Of a DNA stretch of 64,000 bases, positions 1-12,360 are shown in pieces. Both the position numbers and the translations under genes were made by a program. The notes under the pieces were generated by a model. The model worked only from the letters and a program-made list of their open reading frames with translations, did no database searches and was not told the origin of the DNA. This DNA is from Felis catus. Lineage: Eukaryota. Within the stretch, counting starts at the first letter, position 1, and each line of letters opens with the position of its first letter. The stretch spans positions 187,736,001 through 187,800,000 of the forward strand of contig NC_058368.1 in the NCBI RefSeq assembly GCF_018350175.1, given 5' to 3'.

Positions 1-524
1 GGTGGGGGAAGATTCCTCCATAAATTAAGTCAGGTGCTGGTTTTAGTTATGTATATCAAATGTTTGTGACCATTTATTCATTCAACAAATTTTTATTGGG
101 TGCTCACTGTAAGCCAGGCTTTGTTACCATCAATAAGTAGCCTGTAGTCATGCCCCAAAACAGAAGCTTTTGAAATGCTGTGTCATTCGCCACTAACAGC
201 CAAAGAAGAGACACATGTTTTGTGGTTCTCTTTGTAGCCCATCAGCAAGCCCCTCGCAGCCCCCCAGAAGTTAGGGCGAAATTTTGAAAAATCATTACTC
301 TAGGCTGACACCAGAAATCCCAGACCGAGAGCCAAGGTGTTTAAGATTCAGGAATGGAACTTCATACCGTTTCTAATTTTTCATCTTGTGTGTGTATGCA
401 GCAGTGAACAGCCTTGAACCTAATCACTTGTCTGCCAGTTCTCAGGAAGCACAAGGCAGGAAGGAGGGCCACTGGGACTCCAGAGTGAGGCTCTATGAAG
501 CCGACTTCTGTGATTCTCTTTCAG

Positions 525-684
525 ATCATATTTTCTACAAATTCCAGCCTTCTGTGGTGGCCGCAGCCTGCGTTGGGGCCTCCAGGATTTGCCTTCAGCT
601 TTCCCCCTACTGGACCAGAGACCTACAGAGGATCTCAAATTACTCTCTGGAACATCTCAGCACATGCATTGAAATCCTGCTGGT
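525..684 (+). CDS. CCNJL: Cyclin J-like, penultimate coding exon (C-terminal cyclin fold; DHIFYKFQPSVVAAACVGASRICLQLSPYWTRDLQRISNYSLEHLSTCIEILLV)
   Basis: Acceptor tctctttcag|AT at 524/525 and donor GT|gtaagt at 684/685. The peptide matches the cyclin J family C-terminal box, and the phase joins in frame to the exon at 2171. Adjacent to FABP6, as in other mammals. Confidence 0.95.
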
Positions 685-2170
685 GTAAGTTCCATCCCTG
701 ATCTTTCTTTGTTTCCAAAATAATCGAGGCACTTGCTCTGGAGACCCACCTCAGGAGATCTCTCAAAGTCAGAGGGTTAGGGTAGTTCCCTGAGCTAGTG
801 TCTCACAGGAAGTGGGCCATTGTGACTCCTGATAGAATGAGGTTTGCAGAGTTGGTCCTTCCTATTTTGGGTAGCTTTGAATTTGTGATTTTAAGGTCAA
901 GGAGGTGGGGAGAAGAGAAGGTGATAGACACATCCTTCTGAGTGTCTGGGCTGTTTGCTTTGAATCCCCGTGTGCCAGTCAGTCTTATGGGTGATTACAC
1001 TGAGAGACTTATAATCAGCTACTTTGATCAGATGTGGCCACAAAGCTGACCTCTTAGCCAGCTACATAAGAGGCCATGGCCTCCTCGCAAGGGTCCCTGG
1101 GAAGCTTGGTGAGGACATGTTCAGTGTATCAGAGAGGGTACAAAGAGGCAGCACAGACCCAACACCATGAAACTGATATTGAAGGTGCAGGTGTTCACTG
1201 GTGACCACAAGGAGGAGACAGGACAGAGAACCCCAGCCTGGCTGCTGCCCATCCCTCTTCCCCCCCAGCATATGGCAGCATCTTCTGGATGCTGGCCCTA
1301 CTGACCATGGGGCCAGGCCCCTGGAGAGCTGCCTCTCAGCCTCCTGATATGGGAAGCTGTGCCAGTAGCTGCCTTTGTCTCATCCCTGTGTGAACTGTCT
1401 GCCCTGCTCTCTGGGCCTTGTTTTAAAATCTTTGCTTGTAGAAGGTGCCCAGAAACAGAGCATATGGTCTGGTCTGAGTGCAGATAGGTGCCCCCACATT
1501 CTTGGCCACCAGCCCTGCCTCTTCACCATGGTTGTGGCTCTGGGATGATCCTCTTCTCAGATCTGCAGCCTTCCTTTGCTCCTGTCTTACCTGAGCCTCT
1601 AGTAGATTTGTTATTTCAAAAAGCTTTATGGGAAGCTTTTTTTTTTTTTTTTTATGGAAATAAACCTGTTGGTTCCCTTTCCAGAAGGTGAAACTTAGAC
1701 CCCAGGGGCAGCTTGCTTGGGATGTGTTTGCAGGTGCCTTGAAGGCAGAGGTGCTCATCTAAGTGCCGGGCCCTGTGCCAGATGCTGGGGATGCAGTGAT
1801 GAGCAAGAGCAGAGGGTCCCCTCCCCCTGGAGCTCGTGCTCGGCACAAGGGACTAGGTGGTAACACAGAAGTTATCATCTGGGGGGGTTGATCGCCGAGA
1901 TAGGGCAGTACAGAGGCTTGGGGGGACAGCTAGAGTCTGGGATCAGAAGGGGTTTTCTGTAGGAGGCAGATCCAGGTGTAGGTGTGAGGCCTGAGTTTAG
2001 TCAGAGGACAGGGGAGGCAGTGCTACAGGCAGTGGGTGTGGGCTGGGTACCACCCTGAGCTCACAGCACACAGATCTCGAATCCCATTTAGCAAGGGAGG
2101 GAGGGGCACACTCAGGTGTCTGCTGCTGTGGCCTTGAACCTCAAGTCTCACCTAGGTCCTTTCCTTTCAG

Positions 2171-2594
2171 AGCTTATGACAATGTCTTCAAGGATGCTGT
2201 TGCGGTCAAGAGCCAGGCCTTGGCAATGGTGCCTGGCACGCCCCCTGCCACCACCCAGGTGCTGTTCCAGCCGCCCACCTACCCCACCCTGAGCCAGCCG
2301 ACGACACCAGCCCTAGCGCCATTTCAGACCCCCGTGCAGGACCTATGCTTGGCCTATCGGGACTCGCTGCAGGCTCATCGCTCTGGGAGCCTGCTCTCAG
2401 GGGGCTCTGGCTCCTCCCTCCATGCCCTGTACCCCACCCTCCAGCCCCTGGACGTGTGTCCCGTGTCCCTCCCCACGCCCCTCAGCATGCAGATGGCCAT
2501 CGCGGCTGAGCCCAGGCACTGCCTCACCGCCACCTATGGAAGCAGCTACTTCAGCGGAAGCCACGCATTCCCCACGGGCTGTTTCGACAGATAG
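2171..2594 (+). CDS. CCNJL: Cyclin J-like, last coding exon (AYDNVFKDAVAVKSQALAMVPGTPP...SYFSGSHAFPTGCFDR*)
   Basis: Acceptor ttcctttcag|A at 2170/2171; GT+A completes a Val codon; open frame to TAG at 2592-2594. The Pro/Ser/Thr-rich tail ending in CFDR is typical of CCNJ/CCNJL. Confidence 0.95.
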
Positions 2595-4270
2595 GGCACC
2601 TTTGGGCCACACAGGGAGCCCTTGGAGACCCACCTGGGCAGAGGACGAGGACACAGGTGAGGGGAGCTCAGCGGAGTGAGGCAGTGGGGAGGCCATCCCC
2701 ACAGAGCCTCATTGTTACCCTTGAACGGAGAGGATTCATGTTCTTTTTAAATAAAGCTGACTCCCAGCAAAACAGTCCATGACAACCTCCCCCGAGAGCA
2801 TTCCTCTGGAAAGCGTCTTCCACATATGTAGCTGGGGTGCAGGGGGATGGCTCGGCCACCACCCTCTGGAGGAGGGACCCCCTGAATTGAGAAAGACTTG
2901 GTGAGAGGCCAGGAGACTGGAAACTGGATGCAGACTGCCAGTCCACGAGCATGTTTGGTTTTTAGCATCAAAGACTTCTTTACTTCTCGCCAGTGGCAGC
3001 TACACTGAAAAAGAAGGGGACTGCATGATGTATCCTCAGGACCCCAGCAGGTGCCGCATTGGGTGCTCTTTCCCTGCCTCCATACAGAAGAGCTGTGTGT
3101 GTGTGTATGCCTAAGCGTCGGCCTTCTGAGGCACGGCGGGCGGCTGTCTTGCCTTTGTTGTCGGACCTAAAACCTTATTAGGCCTTTTAGATATCTCACA
3201 TGCTGCTGCTTCCTGAAGTGACCTAGCTTTCTGTTCAGTAAGATATCTTGTTTACATAGTGTATCAGGGATTTTACGATACTTGAAAATTCCTTAGGAGA
3301 GAACAAATGTTGATCGCCACACTGCCTGTCCCATGCAAGGGCTGTAGGTTTGGACCCAGCTTGTAACAACAAGCAGGTGGTTGGGGAGAGCAACTCCCCA
3401 GGCTCTCAGTTCAAGAAGATTCCACATCTTGGATGCTGTGTTCACCTGTAGAACTTTGACAGCCACCCAGAGGAGAAGGTGGTTGAAAGGTAGACAGAGG
3501 TTTACAACCAACAACCCTAACCCCGCTCCACCAGGTGCTTACAGCGTGTGAGTTTGGCTAATAGGGAAGGCTAATAATGTGGAATGTTTGCTCCGTGCCA
3601 GCTGGAGTCGGGGAGCGGGGCATGGACAGGGGTGTATGTCACAAATACAGGCAAGCAATTGGTTGGATCGAAAGCCAGTGTTTGGGCACCTACAGCAAGA
3701 GGGCCCTCAGGAAGACTCTCATAACCATGTGCAATATGTTTTTATTCTGACTTATGGCTTGTGCTAGTTGTGTTTTTTTGGTTTGTTCCAAGTCGGGGGG
3801 ACACACTGTTCACCCATCAGAACTGGGAGGTGTAAAGAACAACGGAGACATTTTTTTTGTTTGTTTTAAGAAGAACCCATCTTGGTTTTCTTGGCTTATT
3901 TGCCCGTCAGTGCAGGAGACTGGCTCGGGGACTATCAGGAAGGCGGCCATGTGCTGCTGAATTGGATCCGAAGGTGATTTTCAGAGCAGATGAAGGCTTC
4001 GGTGTAGAAGCAGGATAAGAAGAGGTAACGCGAATAAGGCACCGGTGCCGCTGTGTCACATGAGTGTGGGAAGACTGCACGTTTGTTTGTTGCTTTTCTC
4101 TTTTTCCTTTGCCAACCTCCTTCTATTTATGTGAGACTGGTTTGGATTCCAAGTTGTTGTGTCTGTCTGGCCTGGGACTGGGGCTTGTGAAGGGCCCCCC
4201 AGTAGAGCCTCACAGCCAGCCCAGCACGCAGAAGAAGGCGTCTTGCAATAAACAGATCACCTGCTCCTGG
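2595..4270 (+). other. CCNJL: CCNJL 3' UTR (probable extent)
   Basis: Repeat-free sequence after the stop codon up to AATAAA at 4247-4252; repeats resume at ~4430. An earlier AATAAA lies at 2750-2755. Confidence 0.65.
4247..4252 (+). terminator. Probable CCNJL polyadenylation signal AATAAA
   Basis: Canonical hexamer followed by pyrimidine/GT-rich sequence (tggtctccgttctttttcc) at the end of the unique 3' UTR-like block. Confidence 0.6.
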
Positions 4271-4430
4271 TCTCCGTTCTTTTCCTGGCCTTCGACTCTC
4301 AGCCAGCCCCGTCGGTGTCTCCGCTCCCGCCGAGAGGCTGTGGGGGGGTGGGCTCTACAAGACTGGCTCCTGTGGAGCTGGGCCTCTCTGGGGACACCCG
4401 GAGTAGAGCTTAACACCCCTGCCCTACCGC

Positions 4431-5090
4431 TAGTAGTCAGGGTTCCCCAGAGAAACAGCCCATCGTATCTGAGAGATTTATTTATTTGCTATGTTTTAAT
4501 GTTTATTTATTTTTGAGAGAGAATGAGCACGTGCGTGCATGAGCCGGGAAAGGGCAGAGAGAGAGCAAACGAGAAAGAATCCCAAGCAGGCTCCATACTG
4601 TCAGCACAGAGCTCAACACAGGGTTCAAACCCTCAAACTGCGAGATCATGACCTGAGCCGAAATCAAGATTTGGATGTATATCTGACTAGCTTCCCAGGC
4701 ACCCCAGAGAGATTTATTTTAAGGAATTGGCTCACACAGTGGGGGCTGACAAGTTAGGAATTTGTAGGGCAGGCCAGCAGGCTGGAAATTCGGGTAAGAG
4801 TGGATGTTTCAGTTGAGCCCAAAATCTGTAGGGCAAGCCAGAAACTCAGGATTTCTGTTACAGTCTCTGAAGCAGAATTCCTTCTCCAGGAAACCTGTTT
4901 TTTGCTCTTAACAGCCTTCACCTGGCTGGATGAGGCCCACCCACGTGGAGAGGAGTCTCCTTTACTTAAGGCCTACTGATTGTTAAATGTTAGTCACATC
5001 TACAAAATGCCTTCACAGCAACATCTAGATTAGTGTCTGAACTGCCACACACCATAGCCTAGCCAAGCTACCACGTAAAATTCACCACAA
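4431..5090. mobile_element. MLT2-type (ERVL) solo LTR interrupted by a SINE
   Basis: Diagnostic motifs tagtcagggttccccagagaaacag, gagatttattttaaggaattggctcac and ccatagcctagccaag...aaaattcacc. Confidence 0.7.
4484..4705 (-). mobile_element. Can-SINE (felid type) inserted into the MLT2 LTR
   Basis: Reverse SINE head (ccaggcacccc) and T-rich tail; TSD gagagatttattt at 4471-4483 and 4707-4719. Confidence 0.9.
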
Positions 5091-6001
5091 CCACTTACTA
5101 GCTGTCCGGAGGGAGTTGACTCAACTGTTCTGAGCCTTAGTCTTCTCACCTGTTAAAATGGGGGTGAGAACACTTGCTTCACAGGGTTCTCATGAGGATT
5201 AAGCAACATAAAGCACGTCAAAGCCAAACACAAGGTCTACTTTAAGATGTACCATTATTTTATGCATCAGTGAGAGAATTCAAGAAAAAGTCACCAACTA
5301 AGCCATGACATAGTGTTTAAGATACGGCTGATTAAATAGTGTACTCTTATTTCAGGAACGTTAACACGTAAAAATATGTGTATCATAGAATGGATGGACT
5401 ATATATCTGCAATTATGGAGAGTGTCAGACTCTTTTCTGACAGGAAGAGAGCCCTGCCCTCTACCCACCCAGGTTCCTGCAGGAGAGCCATCCTGGAGAT
5501 CTGGTGTCCGTGTGGAGCTGAGTGGTTCTCACTAAGCACAGATGCCTTTAGTTAGGAAGGGGAGGTGTGGGGAGAGCTGCCCAGGCCATGAAGCTGACGT
5601 CCAGCCCCAGGAGGTGTTTGGGAACCGTGTGTGTGTGCAGGCAGGGCTGGGCTGGAGGCAGTACTCTCCATCTGCCATGATCAAGTCAGGCAAGGCAGGA
5701 AGCTAGTCTAGGTGTTGGGGACTTGACAATAAGGCAAATTCTGGGTTTACCAAGAATACCCACTTTACTGTGCCTCTGTCTTTAGGCTTCAGGTTCTCCA
5801 CCTGTTACCATAGAGATGGTTGAGTTGATGGGTAGTTTTCGAGCACTAGAGGGAAACTGAGCCATAGAGGCCCTGGGCCCCTGCCTTTCTTCAACCAGAG
5901 GGATCCACTTGTACCTCTCCCACACATGGGTGTTCTGTGTTAGATTTCCTAAGTTCCCATGCTGGGCAGTAGTTCGGAAAGCTTGAAAAACAGAGATGAT
6001 T

Positions 6002-6144
6002 GAGGTGCCTGGGTGGCTCAGTCGGTTGAGCATCTGACTCTTGATTTCGACTCAGATCATGATCTCACGGTTCGTGAGTTCAAGCCCCACACTGGGCTTT
6101 GCACTGACAGTGAGGAGCCTGCCTAAGATTCTCTTTTCTCTCTT

Positions 6145-6185
<41 letters not shown>

Positions 6186-6238
6186 CCTCCCCCACTTGTA
6201 CTATCTCTCTCTCAAAATAAAAACAAACAAAAAGAAAA
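6002..6238 (+). mobile_element. Can-SINE
   Basis: gaggtgcctgggtggctcagtcggtt head, (CT)n, A-rich tail. Confidence 0.9.
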
Positions 6239-6744
6239 GCATAGAGGTGGCTTTAAAGGCCCTGCCAGGGCTGACATCTAGTTCAGTCCAGAGATTTTCA
6301 AACCTAAGCAAGCTGCGGAATGACCTGAAATCTCCAAGAGGAGTGGGGCCTGAGAATCTGCGTTTTTAGCTGGCTTCCCAGGGATTCAGATGCAGGTTTT
6401 CTTTGAAGTTCCAATAAAGGACTGAATGTGCAGGCCCTGGATTGTGGGCCCAAAAGAGAGAGTAAGGAAACCGCATCCCCGGCTGAAGTTCTGCACCATC
6501 TGAGTTCCAGACCTACACTTTGTTCCATATTTAGTTGTCTGTGTTTTATGCAGTATTTCTGTGTGAAAGGTTTGGACATACAGATCCATTTTCCTAGGAA
6601 AACCGGCTTCCCTTCAGGTTTAACATCACCAGTGCCTGGATTAGGGTTGGGGTCAAGGTTCCACAGCCCTCTGGGTTTAGAGTCCATCTCTCCAAAGCCA
6701 TCTGTTCTGTCATGTGAATACTCTTTTCCCTTAATCCTTTAGAT

Positions 6745-6946
6745 CAGTGATTCTCAGCAGAGCTCACTTTTGCCCCCTAGAGGACATTTGGCAATGCCTG
6801 GAGACATATTTGGTTGTCCCCACTGTGGTGGCTGGGGGCCAGTGGATAGAGGCCAGGGATGCTGCTCAACATCCCACAGCCCAGGAAAGCCTCCACAATA
6901 AGAACTGTCGAGCCCCAAACAACAACAGTAGAAGGTTAAGAAACCT
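6745..6946. mobile_element. MER20 (hAT-Charlie non-autonomous DNA transposon)
   Basis: cagtgattctca...ggacatttggcaatgcctggagacatatttggttgtc...gaggccagggatgctgct...ggttaagaaacc. Confidence 0.8.
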
Positions 6947-9205
6947 CAACTCCCGTGTCATCTCCCAAAGAGGTCTCTGTAACAACCCTACTCACTCATT
7001 ACTCTTCCTTTTCTCCATAGCTGTTCAAGCCATTTGAAATGATCTTTTTAGTTTGTGAACTTGGTTTGATGGCTGTGCCCTAAGCTACTTTCCCCCCAGT
7101 AGAATATAAAGAATATTATCACCTGGTGGTGGTGGCAGTAATCATAGCAGCTGACATTTATTCAGCATTTACTATGTATGTATAAAGTGCTATGCTAAGG
7201 CATTTGCTCATATTTTTGGTAACCATCTTAGTAACCCTACAAGGTAGGAACTGTTATTGGCTATATTTTACAGATCAGAGAATGGGGACACAGGTTATTT
7301 GCCTGAGGACAGCAGTGGAGAAGGAAGGAGACACAATTCAAAAACAGGCAGTCTGAATCTGCCCTGCCGCCTTGTAGTACCTCAGTCAAGGGTTTTGAAT
7401 GAGTGAAAGGTGGCGTGACTGTCCCAGCGGGCCATCTCACTCACCTGGTGGGGAAGACCTAGCAGAATAATGGATATAGATTCATAAGAGTTGCCAGGCG
7501 TCCATGCTCCTGATGTACTGGGTGGCAGGCCTTCTCAGAGTGTGCTCACCAGCAGACAGAGATATAGAAACAGCTTCTTGCACATCTGCCACGAGCTAAT
7601 GTGATTTATGGCTCCATCTGTCTGTCCCCAGCAGGCTCTGATTTGGGAGGAGTTCCCTGAACCCCATCTGTGAAGGTGGGAGCAGGCTTGGGGCTTTCCC
7701 AGAGCATCCCTGGGGAGGAACCTAACCTGTCTCTGGGCTGGCTCTGGCAATCCCTGGCCCTAAGTGCCTAGGAAAGAATCTTAACAGCCCTCATTCACCT
7801 CATTTTTTGTTCCTCAGGGAAGACTTTTGTGACTTGAATCTCAGCAGAAAGGCCATAGCATTTTGCAGGAGTCTCAAGTCCAGATGCCCGCCAGGACCAG
7901 GCAGGTAACATAGTGAATCCAGCTGGGTGATTGAGAGGGTGTGATGTGGTCAGTACTGTGTTGAAACCAGTGTCTCCCTAGAGGATATGGCTCCTACTCC
8001 GTTCTGGTCAATTATTGCCTTTCAAGGGTGTAAGCTCCACGTTGCAGAACCTTCAGGAACCTCTAGGAAACCTATTAACTTTTCATTTAATTTAAAAATT
8101 AAAAAAAATATTAACACAACAGAAGACCAAAAAAACACATCGTAAGTTAGAGTAGTTCTTGGGCTGGAAGCATGCTATTTCTGGTATATAGACCAGAACA
8201 TTAGGCCAGGAGGTCTGAGTTTGTCTGCTCTTAGCTAGATGACCTTGGGAAAAGCCACCTCTCCACTCTGACTTCTGTCTACTCATTTATAAGGTGGGAA
8301 GGGTATCAGCTTGGGCTACACTTCAGATTTATGATAACAAAACATGGAATATATGGTATCGTTATTCAACAGTGAGTTCTGTGAGAAAGAATGTGAATAA
8401 GTGGGCCTCTCCCTTCTTTGGGGATGCAGGTGAGTCTCTGAGCTTCACTTCTTCCGACCAAGCTCTAGCTTCTAAGGAAGAACTGGGCCAGTTCTGACCA
8501 GTGTTTCAGGCTGCTGCCCTTGCCCGGGATACAAGGGACAGGATACACAGGAGGTCATGCCTTCTGCAAAATGGGAGGATTGGGACTGGAGTAGTCAGTC
8601 TCCAAAGTTATGCCTGGCTGGGGAGCACTTCACAGTGACAGTTCTCCAGGTCTGGGGTGCAGCCTGTGCTATCCTCTCACCAGGACCCTCAGGAGATGCT
8701 CATGCACAGCCAGGTTTGGACGCTTCTCCCCGCTGTAAGTGCTCTGACCCTGTGTGTGCCCATTCTCCCAGTAGAACCACCAAGAGAGTCCCTTAATAGC
8801 TGTTTGGTGAGCACTTACTATGTTCCAAGGCCTGTACTTGACACTTTCCTCATGCTCTCTTACTCCCCCTATTCTTTTTTTGTCCTCACAGCATCACCCA
8901 GAGCTAATATTATTATCACCATTTTCCAGATGACGATACTGGGGCTGAGGAAGGCTCAAGGTCTCAATATGGGTGAGTGGTAGGAATGGGTTTCACATTT
9001 AGAAATGCTTGAGGAGCCCATGTGACCTCCAACGCCATGTCACCCCTAGATGACACATACACACGGCCACAAAAGCCCAGTCACTCAGGATCTCACTGCC
9101 CACCCCTTGCCCCAACCAGCAACATACACTCACACTTTGGTGATCTCAGGGCAGCAACTGGGTGGTGGAGCGCCACCTAGTGGTGGTCTTAAAAACCGCT
9201 CTCCA

Positions 9206-9410
9206 GGGGCACCTAGGTGGCTGAATCAGTTAAGCGTCCGACTTCAGCTCAAGTCATGATCTCACGGTTTGAGAGTTCGAGGCCCGCATCAGGCTGTGTG
9301 TTGACAGTTCAGAGCCTGGAGCCTGCTTCGGATTCTGTCTCTCTCTCTGTGTGTGTTCCTTCCCCGCTCACTCACTGGCTCTCTCTCTCAGAAATAAATA
9401 CAAATTTAAA
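9206..9410 (+). mobile_element. Can-SINE
   Basis: ggggcacctaggtggctg head, cagagcctggagcctgcttcggattc body, A tail. Confidence 0.9.
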
Positions 9411-10555
9411 GATGCTTTTGAAAGTTCCTGCTCCACCAGATGAGTTTGGTGGAGGGAGACAATTGCCCTGGCAGAGTGAAAGAGATGACTCCCAAGGGTC
9501 AGGATGAAAGTCATGCCTGGGGTAAAGGGCAGCAGAACTGAGGCCTGTGGAGGGGCCTCAAACAGCATCTCAAACTATAGCATCTCAAACAGTGCAGGAA
9601 AATGATAGAGGCTTCTCTTTCTGGAAGCCAATGAACATGGGTTTTTACACTTTATCCTTGCAACTCCCCTGTGAAGGAAGGGGAGGTCTTAGGGGCCTAT
9701 TTTACACATGGACAAGATAAGACACATAAATCCAGCAGCTTGCCCACGTGCCTTGAGTTAGTGAAGGAGGCAGCTAGCCCTTTCATCACACTGGTTGAGA
9801 ATGACAGTGGTGATGATGGAGGTGACGATGGTCACGGTGGCAGCAGCTAATATTTGCTTGTAGTAAATGCTTGTAGCATGTCAGCTGTATGAGGTAAGTA
9901 CATTATTATCCCCATTTTCAGGTGAGGAAACAGATTCAGAGGAATGGATGAACTTAGCCCAAGGTGACACAGCTTCTAAGTGGTAGAGGAGGGATTCAAA
10001 CCCTGGCAACGTGTCTCCAGCGCTAAAGCTCTTAACCAATGTCCCTTCTACCGGCTGAGGAAGCCTCCTTGCTGAGATGCCAGCAAAATGGATGCTTTGC
10101 TCCAGCACACCTCACTCCGTCTGCCCTCCCAAGCTGGCCTGAGAAGCCATAGCCTCCATCAGCTGGCGACGCCCAACCCCACATTCTCCTCAGAGTCTCA
10201 CTCTCTGCTGTGTGACCTTGGGCAAATGGCTTCCCCTCTCTGAGTCTCTGTTTCCCTATCTGTGAAATACAGAGCTTAAACTAGTTGGGCTCTGAGGTCC
10301 TGCTATTCCAAGTCTGTGAATCTATAATGACACTGGCTTAAGAATTTCTCTCCTGCTAACAATTTGAATTTGTCCTTGAATCAGTTACCAATCTAAAGAC
10401 AAACTCTCTCTCTCTCCTCTCCCTCCTCCTTCTTCTCCCTCTCCCTGCCTCCCTCTCCTCCTGCCCCCTCTCTCCTCTTCTTTTCTCTTCTATCCTCTCT
10501 CGTCTCCCTTCCTCCTCCTCTCGCTTTCTCTCAGTCTCTCAATTTTCAGCCTAAT

Positions 10556-10692
10556 NNNNNNNNNNNNNNNNNNNNNNNNNNNNNNNNNNNNNNNNNNNNN
10601 NNNNNNNNNNNNNNNNNNNNNNNNNNNNNNNNNNNNNNNNNNNNNNNNNNNNNNNNNNNNNNNNNNNNNNNNNNNNNNNNNNNNNNNNNNNN
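10556..10692. other. Assembly gap (N-run) next to CT-rich low-complexity sequence
   Basis: Run of N. Confidence 1.
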
Positions 10693-12306
10693 CAAAACGA
10701 TGGAATGCAAGGGGTCCTGGCTTGGTGGGGGGTGGGGGAGGCTGAATGCTGTTCTTGGGAAGATAAACAAGTTTCAGGGCAGAATGTGGGAGGAGGCAGG
10801 AGGGAGCTGCCAGTAAGCTGGGCCATGCCATCTGTCTAGACTGAGGATGGCCCATGACAGTGAAAGGTTGTACATTACATGGACTGGAAGGGCCACGTGT
10901 CAGGTGACACTTATGAAGCACCTGCTGTGTGCCGGACCCTGTGTAAGGCTTTGAGCAAACCTTATTTCTAATGCCCCATATCTGGGACTTGCACATTCTA
11001 GATAATTTAGATAATCGGCTCTCATAGTGAGTATGTTCTCTTTTTAGTAGCCTTGCAGTAATTCTGATTAGTCAAGGAAAACATTGCCCACTTGATGCTG
11101 TTGTGTCTGCTACATATCTCTCTTCACAGAGGGAGGCCATAGGTTCAGGGCTTTGGGCTGGCAACAGGATCTCACTGTTGTTCAGCTTTGGCTTTTTTGA
11201 TAGTTTTCATCTGTTCACGACAAATGATGTTGGCTTTCCATATATAGAAGTGATGTAAAGTTTCCATTGTAGCAAAAATAAGTGAATTGTCATGCAGAAA
11301 AATATGGGGTAAGAAGTCAAGGTGAGGAACACTGCCAAGGGGAGAGGAGAATGGAAAAGGGTCCGTTCTGTGCTCTGGGTTAGGGATTATCTAGCCAGGA
11401 GGCAAGCCGACCCCAGTCCTCCACTCCCATGCCCTAGACAGACGCATAATCAGGCAGAGATGACCCAGATGCTGCCTCAGAATCCTGGGCTGGGCTCCAG
11501 GCACCCACCAGGAGGTCAGAATGACCCTTCTGACCACATTTCCCAGCCAGCCAAAGCCCCTCGCAGTTTTTCCAGGGCACCACTGTGCAAACCAGGACAT
11601 CCCAGCCCCTTCTAGTCCCTCTTGCCCCTCCCATGGCCCCTTGGCCATCTCATACTCTCTGATTTCTCCTCAGCCCTCATTGGTCCTTCTGGTCCCCCTT
11701 TGTGCCACTAGGTAAACAGGCCCAGAAGGATGCCTCCACGGCCAATTAACAGCAGAGCCATGGCAATGCCAAAACACCTTCCTGGCTAAGCCCTGGTGTG
11801 TCCCTCCTTTGTCTGCCAGCCTTGGAGCCTAAGTCCACGGCCCTTTCCTGGAAGTGCCACACCTACTCCTACCCACCGTCTGACACATTTGCCCTGTGGC
11901 CCCTGTGAGAGTCCGTGTGTTACCTTTCCCAGGTGACATCTGTCTCTCTAAAGGAGCCCTGTCTCCCTACCCACAGAAAGGTGGGTGGCAAGGTAGGGTG
12001 AGGGCACATGGAAGTGTGCCCACCGTGCTTCTTGAACACTACCTTTGGCTACTTCCAGGGGGGTCAGGAGTATTGCAGTCCACATTCAAGCCTCCCTCTG
12101 CCATGTTGCAGACTGTATAGGGTCTCAGGGCCAAGGTTTGGCCTATGCAGCTGTCCTGAGTCCTCTCCCACCCCCAGCGAGCTAGAAACTGTCCCCAGAC
12201 AGCAGAAAACAAAAAACAAAGACAAAGGTTTGGAGCAAACAATGTCTGTTCTTATCCCAGCTTTCACTGCTGGCCTCGTAGCCCCCTGGGAACCCCGCCT
12301 GCTTGC

Positions 12307-12360
12307 TCAGGCCAGCCTCTTGCTCACACGCTCGTAGGTTACGCCTCCGATGGTGGAGAT
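12307..12360 (-). CDS. FABP6: FABP6 exon 4 (ISTIGGVTYERVSKRLA*)
   Basis: Minus-strand acceptor cttctttcag|ATC; 54 nt ending in TGA at 12309-12307. Confidence 0.97.
   Translation of the reverse strand: MSTIGGVTYERVSKRLA

Noticed and set aside
386-524. N-terminal part of the 100-aa ORF upstream of the CCNJL exon
   Set aside because: Intronic; the cyclin similarity starts at the AG acceptor (524/525). The same applies to the intronic extensions of the ORFs overlapping FABP6 exons.
6002-6100. tRNA-like A/B boxes in SINE heads
   Set aside because: They belong to tRNA-derived Can-SINEs, not functional tRNA genes.
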